A DNA stretch of 64,000 nucleotides from Desulfatiglandales bacterium (GTDB lineage Bacteria > Desulfobacterota > DSM-4660 > Desulfatiglandales > Desulfatiglandaceae): positions 768,001 to 832,000 of the forward strand of contig OY759599.1 of the NCBI GenBank assembly GCA_963662465.1, written 5' to 3'. Below the pieces are notes generated by a model that was not told where the DNA came from, ran no database searches, and saw nothing but the letters and a program-made list of their open reading frames with translations. This document shows positions 18,143 through 27,223 of the stretch, one piece after another (position 1 is the first letter of the stretch; every line of letters begins with the position of its first letter). Both the position numbers and the translations under genes were made by a program.

Positions 18143-20680
18143 ATGAACCCGTTTCACCAATACTTGGAAAGGCAACTGACCGAGCGCTTCAAAAAACGCC
18201 CCGTGCTGGTCTGGTATGATCCGAGGAAAGAATTCGAACCGTTTGTGGATGCCCTGCCGACACAAGGCGGTCCGGAAAACGGCATTTACAGGGTGGCCAT
18301 CGGGGACCTGACCGTGTCGCTGGCCCGTTTTGAAGGATCTTTTTTCGGCATCAAGGCCGCGGTGGAACCCCTGGTGGACAAGGACCATCCCGATCCCCTG
18401 CTGCTCTACATCCCCGGAGCATCCCGGGACCGAAAAGGTTCGGTACTCATGGAGCTTGAAAAAGGGGGTGAGTGCTTTGAGTGGCAACTGAAACGGCTGG
18501 CCCGGTTCTGCCTGCTGGAAAAAGGCGATTCGGACGGCATCATCGACAATCTGCTGGCCCCTGAACTCACCTACCAGGACATCGTGGGCTTTCTGACCCG
18601 GGAAACAGGTGAGGTCCCCTCCCTCCTGAAGATGCTCTTTGATGGCGTAAAAGAAAACAGCATTCTCCTGGCACGATGGCTGTGTGACCCCGACATGGAT
18701 AACAAGATCCTTTCAAAAGGGGTGCAAGCGGAATTGTTTCTTCTTTTGTCCTCCCGCCTGGGACTGGAATTGACAAACGTCACTCCCCTGGCGGAGGCCC
18801 GGGAAAAGGTCCTTCGGTACGTTCTGGTAGGCGAATTCCGGGATGACCTTTCCTGCGATGCGCCCCCAACCGTTGCCATGGTTCCGGAATCCCGGAACAA
18901 AGAACAGCTTTCATTGATTCGAAAAACAGCCCTTGCCATGCGTGACAACCATCCCGTTGCCTATGCGACCATCTCCCGTAACATAGAGAAAGATCTAGGA
19001 CTTTCGGCACACACCATCGAACCATCAAACCTGGGCCGGGTGGATACCTTCCCCTTCGAAGAAAAGGCGCTTCTCAAATGGGCGGGGATACTCATTTTGA
19101 AAGGGGAATACCGGCAGGCCCTGACGCTCATCTCAGAACGCCGACGAAGCTTCTGGGCGGATCGAACACTTGAGCGGCAATCCCAGTGGACCGCCTGCCG
19201 ACTCATGGCCCGGCTGGGGGAGCGCATCCAAACGGCCCGAAAGGGGCTTTTAAAAACCGGCCATGCGCCTCCCCAATGGATTGATGCCTACTGCAACCCG
19301 GAGGGATGGCACAGGGTGGACCTGGCTCAGCAGCAGATGGAGGCATGGACCGCTAAAATGACCGTGGACCCGGAGGCCGAAACGGCCCTTGAAAAGGTTC
19401 GGCAGACCTATGAGGATCTGCTTCAGGATATGGCCGTGGGGTTCATGGAGGCCCTGGAGCGTTCGGGATGGATCGTAGCGGATCTGCTTCAGCAGACGGA
19501 CGTACACCCAAAGATGGTGGATGGGGAAAAGACGCCTGTGGCCTATTTTCTGGTAGATGCCATGCGGTTTGCCATGGCCCATGAATTTGTGAAAATGCTC
19601 CCCATGGCAAGCGATGTGACGGTGAAACCGGCCGTAGCCGCCTGGCCTACGATCACCCCAGTCGGCATGGCCGCCTTGCTGCCTGGGGCTTCAGCGGGAT
19701 TTAGCGTGGTGGAATCGGGCGGGAAGCTGGCGGCTCGAATCGATAACACGGCATTACCGGATGTCAGCGCCCGGTTGAAATTTTTGAAAGCCCGGGTTCC
19801 CGGCATGAAGGAAATGCTCCTTGAAAAACTGCTGCAGATGTCCGGCAAAAGGCTTACAGGTGCTGTGTCCGGGGTTCCTCTGTTGGTGGTTCGTTCCCAG
19901 GAAATTGATGCCCTGGGGGAGATGACGGGCGGGCTCATCGCCCGGCAGGTCATGGACACCATGGTGGGAAATGTAGTTCGTGCGGTTCGAAAACTGGCCG
20001 ATTGCGGCATCACCCGGTTCGTGGTCACCGCGGACCATGGTCATTTGTTTACCCGGAAAAAAGAGGACGCCTTCAAGACGGATTCACCGGGTGGAAAAAC
20101 CCTGGAAATCCATCGCCGTTGCTGGATCGGGCAGGGTGGCAGCACACCGGTCGGAACCATTCGGCTTTCCGCATCCCAATTGGGTTACGACAGCGACCTG
20201 GAATTCGTTTTTCCCAGGGGGATCGGCGTATTTAAAAGCGGAGGCGACCTGGGATATCACCATGGGGGCCTGAGTCTGCAGGAAATGATTATTCCGGTCA
20301 TCAGCTTTCGCATGAAACGGGAAAAGCGCATGATGGAACCGGGAAGCATCGTTTTACTTTCGGACGTTCCTGAAAAGCTGGCCAATCGAACATTCGGCAT
20401 CAAGCTGGAAATGGGGGGACTTTTCAACCAAAGCCCCCTCAAGGTTCGGCCCATACTCCTGAGCCGGGATGTGATCGTGGGAAAAGCCGGCATGGCCCTG
20501 GATGGGGATTTTGAACAGGATAGCGGTTGCGTAATTCTTCAACCCGGAAAGAAGGCCGGCGTGGGCATGCTTCTTGAAAATGAAGACTGTAAAACGATCC
20601 GGGTGATGATCCAGGATCCGGCAACGGATGCTGTACTGGCCCAATCCGATGATATCCCCGTTAACTTAGGAACCCAATAA
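18143..20680 (+). CDS. pglZ: BREX alkaline-phosphatase-fold protein PglZ
   Basis: VWYDP, FLVDAMRF, PTITPVGMAALLP, TADHGH and YHHGGLSLQEM motifs. Confidence 0.92.
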   Translation: MNPFHQYLERQLTERFKKRPVLVWYDPRKEFEPFVDALPTQGGPENGIYRVAIGDLTVSLARFEGSFFGIKAAVEPLVDKDHPDPLLLYIPGASRDRKGSVLMELEKGGECFEWQLKRLARFCLLEKGDSDGIIDNLLAPELTYQDIVGFLTRETGEVPSLLKMLFDGVKENSILLARWLCDPDMDNKILSKGVQAELFLLLSSRLGLELTNVTPLAEAREKVLRYVLVGEFRDDLSCDAPPTVAMVPESRNKEQLSLIRKTALAMRDNHPVAYATISRNIEKDLGLSAHTIEPSNLGRVDTFPFEEKALLKWAGILILKGEYRQALTLISERRRSFWADRTLERQSQWTACRLMARLGERIQTARKGLLKTGHAPPQWIDAYCNPEGWHRVDLAQQQMEAWTAKMTVDPEAETALEKVRQTYEDLLQDMAVGFMEALERSGWIVADLLQQTDVHPKMVDGEKTPVAYFLVDAMRFAMAHEFVKMLPMASDVTVKPAVAAWPTITPVGMAALLPGASAGFSVVESGGKLAARIDNTALPDVSARLKFLKARVPGMKEMLLEKLLQMSGKRLTGAVSGVPLLVVRSQEIDALGEMTGGLIARQVMDTMVGNVVRAVRKLADCGITRFVVTADHGHLFTRKKEDAFKTDSPGGKTLEIHRRCWIGQGGSTPVGTIRLSASQLGYDSDLEFVFPRGIGVFKSGGDLGYHHGGLSLQEMIIPVISFRMKREKRMMEPGSIVLLSDVPEKLANRTFGIKLEMGGLFNQSPLKVRPILLSRDVIVGKAGMALDGDFEQDSGCVILQPGKKAGVGMLLENEDCKTIRVMIQDPATDAVLAQSDDIPVNLGTQ

Positions 20681-22728
20681 TGGAAGAAAAATATACTCAG
20701 ATCCCGGAGCGGGACGCGCTGGACGATAAGATTAACCGCGTCTTTTCCGGACGGGTGGTGCGAAAGGATCTGGTCAGAAAAGTGAAGGTGGGCGCCAATG
20801 TCCCGGTATTTGTGCTGGAATTCCTGTTGGGCAAATACTGTGCGTCATCGGATGAAATGGCCATTCAGATGGGCCTTCAGGTGGTCAATAAAACTTTGGC
20901 GGAAAACTACATCGGTCCGGACGAGTCCACTCGGGCAAAGAGCCTGGTGAAGGAGGAAAACACCCACACCTTTATCGACAAGGTCAAGGTGCGCCTGGTG
21001 GATTCCGACTACTGGGCCGAAGTGGTCAATTTCGGGGACCGGTTTGTGCATGTCCCCTCCCACTACGTGCGGGAATATGACCGACTGCTCATGGGCGGCG
21101 TCTGGTCTCAGGTGGACCTGCGGTTTGATTACGACGAAGAGAGCCGGGGGAAACACCCTTTCTGGATTGACAAGCTGGCCCCTATCCAGATCGCCACCTT
21201 TGACATCAATGACTATTGCAGCTTGCGGACGGAATTTACTTCCGAAGAATGGGTGGATTTGCTGGTGCGGAGCATGGGCTATGAAGCTGGGGAAATGGAC
21301 CGGCGATTGAAGCTGCATTTTCTCATTCGCCTTCTTCCCCTCTGTGAACGCAATTACAACCTGGTAGAGCTGGGACCCCGGGGAACCGGTAAGAGCTTCG
21401 TTATTCAGGAAATTTCTCCCTACTGCGCCCTGTTGACCGGCCCTACCACCGTGGCCAATATGTTTGGGCACATGAGCGGTCGGCACAAGGGAATGGTTTC
21501 CATCTGGGACGTGGTGGGCTTTGACGAGGTAGCCGATCTTCAGAAGATGCCCAAAGAAGTCATCACAACCCTCAAAACCTACTGCGAATCGGGCACCTTC
21601 CAGCGGGGCAAGGACGCGGATTCAGGGAATGCCGGCATCGTCATGTTCGGAAACACCAACCAGCCCATCGACGTCATGGTGCAAACAGGCCATCTCTTCG
21701 CTCCCATGCCGGATGTGATCCGGGACGACATGGCCTTTATCGACCGCATCCATTTCTACCTGCCCGGCTGGGAAATTCCAAAAATGCGGGTGGAGCTGTT
21801 CACCCGACATTACGGCTTTGTGGTGGATTATCTGGCTGAGGCCTTAAGGGCTTTGCGCAAACATAACTTCACCGAGGTTATCGACCAGCATTTCAGCCTT
21901 GGTTCCCACTTAAATGCCCGGGACCGGAAGGCCGTTAGAAAGACAGTATCGGGCCTCATGAAGATCCTCTACCCTAACGGCGAGGCGACCTCTGACGAGC
22001 TGAAGGAAATCACGGAACTGGCCCTTGAAGGCCGCCGAAGAGTTAAAGAACAGCTCAAGAAGATGGGCTCCTTTGAATATTATCACACCTCCTTCAGCTA
22101 CATGGAAAAGGAGACCGGCGAAGAACACTTTGTGGGCACGCCCGAAATGGGCGGTCGGGGCCTCATTTCATCAGACCCCCTGGCCCCGGGAACCGTTTAC
22201 AGCGCCACCGTCAACGCCGAAGGCACGGTGGGCATGTACCGCATCGAGGTGAGTGTATCGCCGGGGACCGGGAAGCTCAAAACTGCGGGTGGAGTTTCCG
22301 GGATTACCAAGGAATCCATCCAGCGTGCCTTTGGCTACCTGGCCGCCACCAAAGGTGAGCTGGGTCTGGCCCGTGAAGTAGACAATTCCGATTTTCATGT
22401 GGAGGTCTTGGATCTCTTGAACAACAAGGTTCAGGGAGAACTGGGGGTGGCCTTTTTCGTGGCCGTTTTTTCCGCCATCCGCAAGAGTCCCGCAACACCG
22501 GCAACCCTGATTATCGGCGACATGAGCATCCAGGGCAACATCAAGCCTGCCCGCTCCCTGGTGGAACCCCTTCAGGTGGCCAAAGACAACGGCGCCAAAC
22601 GCGCGCTCATTCCCATCGAAAACAAACGCAACTTCCTGGATGTGGATGCCGACATCATGGAACACGTGGACCCGGTCTTTTATGGGGAACCGAGGGCGGC
22701 GGCTTTGAAAGCCCTGGCGTTGAGTTAA
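20680..22728 (+). CDS. brxL: BREX Lon-related AAA+ protein BrxL
   Basis: FSGRVVRKDL, ANVPVFVLEFLLGKYC, Walker A ELGPRGTGKS, FDEVA, AFIDRIH and a C-terminal Lon-like domain. Confidence 0.92.
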   Translation: MEEKYTQIPERDALDDKINRVFSGRVVRKDLVRKVKVGANVPVFVLEFLLGKYCASSDEMAIQMGLQVVNKTLAENYIGPDESTRAKSLVKEENTHTFIDKVKVRLVDSDYWAEVVNFGDRFVHVPSHYVREYDRLLMGGVWSQVDLRFDYDEESRGKHPFWIDKLAPIQIATFDINDYCSLRTEFTSEEWVDLLVRSMGYEAGEMDRRLKLHFLIRLLPLCERNYNLVELGPRGTGKSFVIQEISPYCALLTGPTTVANMFGHMSGRHKGMVSIWDVVGFDEVADLQKMPKEVITTLKTYCESGTFQRGKDADSGNAGIVMFGNTNQPIDVMVQTGHLFAPMPDVIRDDMAFIDRIHFYLPGWEIPKMRVELFTRHYGFVVDYLAEALRALRKHNFTEVIDQHFSLGSHLNARDRKAVRKTVSGLMKILYPNGEATSDELKEITELALEGRRRVKEQLKKMGSFEYYHTSFSYMEKETGEEHFVGTPEMGGRGLISSDPLAPGTVYSATVNAEGTVGMYRIEVSVSPGTGKLKTAGGVSGITKESIQRAFGYLAATKGELGLAREVDNSDFHVEVLDLLNNKVQGELGVAFFVAVFSAIRKSPATPATLIIGDMSIQGNIKPARSLVEPLQVAKDNGAKRALIPIENKRNFLDVDADIMEHVDPVFYGEPRAAALKALALS

Positions 22729-22795
22729 TAGGGGCATTATTCTTAAAAAACGACCCGGCTTTAAAAACTGGAGAAGTGATGCACGTTTTATCGAA

Positions 22796-22829
22796 GGACG
22801 TCATGCCAAGAGCGTAACGCCCTTTTTTT
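22796..22829 (+). terminator. Possible intrinsic terminator after brxL
   Basis: Imperfect stem GGACGTCATGC/GCGTAACGCCC followed by T7; two mismatches weaken it. Confidence 0.3.
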
Positions 22830-22940
22830 GATTGTTTCAAAGGGTGAATTGGCGTAACCTGAGAACTGTTGAAACATGAAAGATGTGAGACTTGGACTTA
22901 CAGACCTCCCGGAAAACAGTTCGGAATTCCATGATGTGTT

Positions 22941-23216
22941 ATGACTGAAATTCTCAGCATGAAAACCGTCTTTGTTTTTCCCAGCCTCATCGCTTTGATG
23001 CTGTTCGTCTGCATGCTTTATGTGTACCGAAAGGGCAGAACATATCAGGGTTTCAGGCATTGGGCCCTTGCGTCCTTGTTGTATGCGCTTGGCAGCTGTC
23101 TGATTTTATTGCGGAATATTGCCTCCGATCTGGTCAGCATCATAGCGGCCAATATTCTGCTGATCGCCTCCATGTTGATAATCTCCCAGCGGGCTTGTCG
23201 AAATTACGCCAAATAA
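22941..23216 (+). pseudogene. Truncated membrane sensor N-terminus (GGDEF/kinase-type transmembrane region)
   Basis: Three hydrophobic helices with GFRHWALA..LILLR..SIIAANIL, then an abrupt stop with no output domain. Confidence 0.45.
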
Positions 23217-23312
23217 ATGCTTCATCCAGAATCATCTTCATGTTATAAACTTGAATTTGAGTTTCATGTGTTATCGTTGTATTCATGTGAACAAACTAAG
23301 GGAGGGATAAAT

Positions 23313-23630
23313 ATGGAAAATCCCAGAACGCGAAGTGCCCGAACGGTTTTGCGAGAATGTTTCTGGGGAGATTATCAATTAACCGCCGAAGAACTGCTCC
23401 ACAGGCTGGATAAAAATGATGTTGGATTTGACCGTTTCGTGTTTTCCAAGATTGTGGAAAACAGCGATTATCCTTCTCGGCATATTCGTGTACTGTTTCA
23501 TCCGGACAAATGGCAAAAACTGCTGGATCGTTACATGAAAGCAGGCGGAAATTCAAAAAGACTTCGCCTCGTGGCAGCCAACATGACGGGAGACTACGAT
23601 CTGGCAAAGGAATATGCATGGGGAATTTAG
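23313..23630 (+). CDS. Putative antitoxin partner of an AbiEii-like nucleotidyltransferase
   Basis: GGAGG RBS; 105 aa with a CFWGDY motif; overlaps the start of the downstream NTase. Confidence 0.55.
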   Translation: MENPRTRSARTVLRECFWGDYQLTAEELLHRLDKNDVGFDRFVFSKIVENSDYPSRHIRVLFHPDKWQKLLDRYMKAGGNSKRLRLVAANMTGDYDLAKEYAWGI

Positions 23631-24259
23631 ACTACCGTATGTTGTACCGCATTCAGGATCGGGTGCTAAAAATTGTTTCAAGTGCTGATACCCACTTTTA
23701 CCTCACTGGAGGCACTTGTTTGAATCGGTTTTATTTTGAAAAGCGGCACTCCGCGGACTTGGATTTTTTCTCCAACGAGAGCAACCTGTTTCGAGAAGAT
23801 GTTCGAATGCTGCTGGATGTGTTCAATGCAAACGATTCTAAATATGAGGTCTTGGTCGATGCCCGGGATTTTGTAAGGCTTTTGATGTCATCTGTACTCA
23901 AAGTCGATGTGGTCAACGACAGGGTTTACCGTTTCGGCAGAAATATCAGAACTCCTGACGGTCTCATCTTGGACAACACCCTGAATATTGCCGCAAACAA
24001 GATATGCGCAGTTCTGGGGCGGGACGAACCCAAGGATGTGTTTGACCTGTATACCTTGTTTTGTCACGCAGGGTTGGACTGGGACAATGTCCTTGCCGTG
24101 TCGAGAAGAAAATGCGCTTTTGAAACGGAAGTTCTCGAATACCGGCTGAGGTCATTTCCCATCCACCTGGTGGATTTTCTGCCGGTTCTGTCACCATCGT
24201 TCCTGAGGGATTTTAAGGCAGGCTATGGTGGAATGGTGGCGGCTATTTGTGCTGTTTAG
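23618..24259 (+). CDS. AbiEii/AbiGii-family nucleotidyltransferase toxin
   Basis: FYLTGGTCL, RHSADLDFF, ANKICAVLGRDEPKDVFDL. Confidence 0.88.
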   Translation: MGNLDYRMLYRIQDRVLKIVSSADTHFYLTGGTCLNRFYFEKRHSADLDFFSNESNLFREDVRMLLDVFNANDSKYEVLVDARDFVRLLMSSVLKVDVVNDRVYRFGRNIRTPDGLILDNTLNIAANKICAVLGRDEPKDVFDLYTLFCHAGLDWDNVLAVSRRKCAFETEVLEYRLRSFPIHLVDFLPVLSPSFLRDFKAGYGGMVAAICAV

Positions 24260-24382
24260 CGGGTGAGCGGCTCAGCATCCATTCTCTTGACCGCCCCGAC
24301 TTGCCAGGTGATTGATCACAACCGTTTTGAACCCATTTTTTTTGCGTTGGTTCGCTTTAAGCCAATTTAAAGGAGCTCGATT

Positions 24383-25354
24383 ATGGCAAAACCGAAGTGT
24401 AAAATTTGTAATGATAAACGCGCCAAAAGAAAATGTTCGGTATACAATGATCAATTCATCTGCCCTTCATGCTGTGCTGATTTGCGCAACGAGGCATGTG
24501 AAGGGTGTCGTTATTACCAGGCCGCAGTCAGATATGAAGGATCGAAAACAGAAGCCAAAACGAAGAAAAAGTTCATCATGGAAATCAATGAGGAGGTTGA
24601 AGACGCTGTTGACGGCGCCATGAAATGGGTGGGGGAAGGGAATTTCAAAAAAGCACGCGGCATACTCCATGATCTCGATAAACAGCACCCCGGGAATCAT
24701 TTAGTCATGTATGGGTTTGGAACGGCGTGCGCTCTCGAAGACAATCTTGAAGATGCCATAGAATATTTTAATAAAGCCATTGAGATTTTTCCCTATTTTG
24801 CTCATGCCTATTACAATCTGGGCGCCGCCTATCAAAAGAAATACGATCTGCGAAAATCCGTTGATTGTATGCAGCGGGTCATTGACATCGGAGGAGATGA
24901 TGAATTGGTTCAGAAGGCACGGGATTTAATCCGATTTCTTGAAAAAATGGTCATGAAAAACTCCAAAATCAGTCTGGATGAATATTTGAAAGCCCAGGAT
25001 TTGTTTGAAGCCGCATTTTCCCATATGGAGAAGGGCCGATGGGAACGGGCTATTCCAGAATTCCGGAAATGTATTAAAATCAATCCGGATCATGCGCAGA
25101 GCTATGGGAATATGGGCCTTTGCCATGCCCAATTGGGTGAGAAATCAAAAGCATTGGCCGCTTTCGACGAGGCATTGAAAATTGACCCCGAATATGAACC
25201 GGCGATTGTCAACAAGACCCATGTAGAAAAAATGCGGGATGGTGAGCCTTCGACCATTCTGCCAATGGAATCCATCGAGTATTATCGGGAGTATCCCCAC
25301 AGGAAGAAGAGTTATATTCAATCTCTTTTGAACAAAGCTGAGGAGGATTCATAG
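24383..25354 (+). CDS. TPR-repeat protein with N-terminal Cys-rich (Zn-finger-like) domain
   Basis: CKIC-X8-C-X8-CPSCC-X7-CEGC followed by TPR consensus units (AYYNLG, SYGNMG); AAGGAG RBS. Confidence 0.75.
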   Translation: MAKPKCKICNDKRAKRKCSVYNDQFICPSCCADLRNEACEGCRYYQAAVRYEGSKTEAKTKKKFIMEINEEVEDAVDGAMKWVGEGNFKKARGILHDLDKQHPGNHLVMYGFGTACALEDNLEDAIEYFNKAIEIFPYFAHAYYNLGAAYQKKYDLRKSVDCMQRVIDIGGDDELVQKARDLIRFLEKMVMKNSKISLDEYLKAQDLFEAAFSHMEKGRWERAIPEFRKCIKINPDHAQSYGNMGLCHAQLGEKSKALAAFDEALKIDPEYEPAIVNKTHVEKMRDGEPSTILPMESIEYYREYPHRKKSYIQSLLNKAEEDS

Positions 25355-25382
25355 AAGGGCGTTGCTCTTTTGAAAACACCCG

Positions 25383-26477
25383 CTACCTGAAATACTGCTT
25401 CAATTTCTCAAGATCGTTTCCCACTTCGGCCAGGGCCAGCATCAACAACAGACGCGCTTTGGTTCCCATGAGGTCTCCGGCCAAAATGGCGCCCTTTTCC
25501 GCCAGCATGCCGCCGCCTCCCTTGTCGCCGTAGGCCGGTTCCACCGAGCCGTAATAAACCCGGGTGGATATAATCACCGGAATGTTTTTTGAAAGGGCGT
25601 ACAGAATGGCGTCACAGGTATCCGCATTGACATTGCCCGCGCCCAGGGCGTCAATGACCAGGCCTTTGGCCCCTTTATCCACGGCGTAACGGATGAGATC
25701 CCCATGGTCCCCGGCGAAGGTACTCAGGAACGGTACAGGGGGAAGCGTTGCGGGAAGGGGCAATTTTATTCCGTGAACCCTGTTGTTGAATCGCGTGACC
25801 TTGCCGTTATACACGTAGCCCAGATACCCCTTTTCACCGGATTGAAAGGTCTGCACATTGGTGGTCTGGGTTTTTCTCACCGCTCTTGCCCCATTGATGT
25901 AGGAATTGAGGGTTACGGTAACGCCCATTCCCTGCCCCTCCTTTGACGAAGCCTGCACAACGGCGTTCAGGATATTGCCGGGCCCGTCCGAACAGGGGGC
26001 GGAGGCATCTTTCATGGCCCCGGTAAACACCACCGGCTTGTCGCTGTGAACGGTCAATGACAGGAAGTACGCCCCTTCGGCCATGGTGTCCGTTCCATGG
26101 GTGATCACCACGCCGGCGATATCGGGTCTTTTGATGATGTCGTTCACTTTTCTGCTGAGTTTCAGCCAGATCTCCGGTGTCATCTGTGAGCTGTCAATGT
26201 TCATGAAATTCAAAACACCGATGTTGGCAATCTTGTCTAAACCGGGTACGGCGTTTACCAGTTCATCTCCGGTAAGTGTCGGGACAGACTTGCCGGACTT
26301 GGGATCCTTCTTTTCAGCGATGGTTCCGCCGGTGGTGACGATGGCCACATTCGGCAGTTTCGGATCGGTGACGTGGATCTTGAGATCCGAAGATTCTGCT
26401 GCCCCTGAGAAATGTGGAAAAAAGGACGATAACAAGAGTACGATGATGAATGTGGAAAAAAGTCTTACGGGCTTCAT
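25383..26477 (-). CDS. ansB: Secreted type II L-asparaginase
   Basis: Signal peptide; TTGGTIA, HGTDTM and TGAM motifs. Confidence 0.88.
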   Translation of the reverse strand: MKPVRLFSTFIIVLLLSSFFPHFSGAAESSDLKIHVTDPKLPNVAIVTTGGTIAEKKDPKSGKSVPTLTGDELVNAVPGLDKIANIGVLNFMNIDSSQMTPEIWLKLSRKVNDIIKRPDIAGVVITHGTDTMAEGAYFLSLTVHSDKPVVFTGAMKDASAPCSDGPGNILNAVVQASSKEGQGMGVTVTLNSYINGARAVRKTQTTNVQTFQSGEKGYLGYVYNGKVTRFNNRVHGIKLPLPATLPPVPFLSTFAGDHGDLIRYAVDKGAKGLVIDALGAGNVNADTCDAILYALSKNIPVIISTRVYYGSVEPAYGDKGGGGMLAEKGAILAGDLMGTKARLLLMLALAEVGNDLEKLKQYFR

Positions 26478-26518
26478 AGTGTTCTCCGTTCCATAATGTC
26501 TGCAATATTTATGCTTTC

Positions 26519-26536
26519 CGTAAACTACAGTTTACG
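26519..26536. promoter_or_regulatory. Palindrome upstream of asparaginase (candidate operator)
   Basis: CGTAAAC-TACA-GTTTACG, perfect 7-bp arms in a divergent intergenic region. Confidence 0.35.
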
Positions 26537-26620
26537 CAAAAATCTTTGAAAATGTCAAATGGACAAAACACTTACCTTCCGTCGTTTTTCAAGAAGTTTT
26601 GCTTGTAAACAATTCTGATA

Positions 26621-26637
26621 AGTAATAATGTTTTACT
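26621..26637 (+). promoter_or_regulatory. Candidate TA autorepression operator overlapping a -10-like box
   Basis: AGTAA-TAATGTT-TTACT inverted repeat about 30 bp upstream of the AbrB-like gene, with TTGTAA at 26603. Confidence 0.3.
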
Positions 26638-26665
26638 ATCAGAAAATAAAATGAGGTGCAAATGA

Positions 26666-26911
26666 ATGGAAATAAGAAAAGTCTCAATAAAATCACAGGT
26701 AACTTTGCCCAAAGAATTTGCAGGGAAACTGGTTTCAATTGAAAACCTTTCTGAAGGGGTTATTCAGATTAAAATGGGCGAATTCATTCCCCATTCCGAG
26801 AGAATGTTTCACACGGAAGAATACAGAAAACGCCTGGAAAAGTTTGACCGATGGATGGATCAACACGAGCCTGAAGAATCAAATTTGGAAGACCTATCGG
26901 GAGACAGATGA
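26666..26911 (+). CDS. AbrB/MazE-like antitoxin
   Basis: KVSIKSQVTLPKEF AbrB-type N-terminus with an acidic C-terminus; GAGG RBS. Confidence 0.65.
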   Translation: MEIRKVSIKSQVTLPKEFAGKLVSIENLSEGVIQIKMGEFIPHSERMFHTEEYRKRLEKFDRWMDQHEPEESNLEDLSGDR

Positions 26912-26912
26912 A

Positions 26913-27215
26913 ATGAAGGTTCGCCTTGATTTAAACAACCCCGATTTTCAAAAAGAATGGTTTTCTTTGCAAAAAGAAGAGTTTGCAATCTCAAGGAATA
27001 CGTTGAAAAAGATCGTTATGATGGATTGGCATCAGGTCTATCATGATAGGGGCCTGAAATGGGAAAAGATTCAGTCCATAAAAACAGATAAAGGAAGGGA
27101 ACTCTATACCATCCGCCTGAGCAGAAAACGCCGAGCCGTGGTATGCCGGAAAAATGATTTTATGATCTTTGTTTCACTTCATCCGGATCATGATTCCGCC
27201 TACAAGATGGCATAA
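26913..27215 (+). CDS. RelE/ParE-superfamily-like toxin
   Basis: Basic 100-aa ORF 1 bp after the antitoxin; GLKWEKI, LYTIRLSRKRRAV and HPDHDSAY fit a RelE-like fold. Confidence 0.6.
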   Translation: MKVRLDLNNPDFQKEWFSLQKEEFAISRNTLKKIVMMDWHQVYHDRGLKWEKIQSIKTDKGRELYTIRLSRKRRAVVCRKNDFMIFVSLHPDHDSAYKMA

Positions 27216-27223
27216 AGGCCCTC

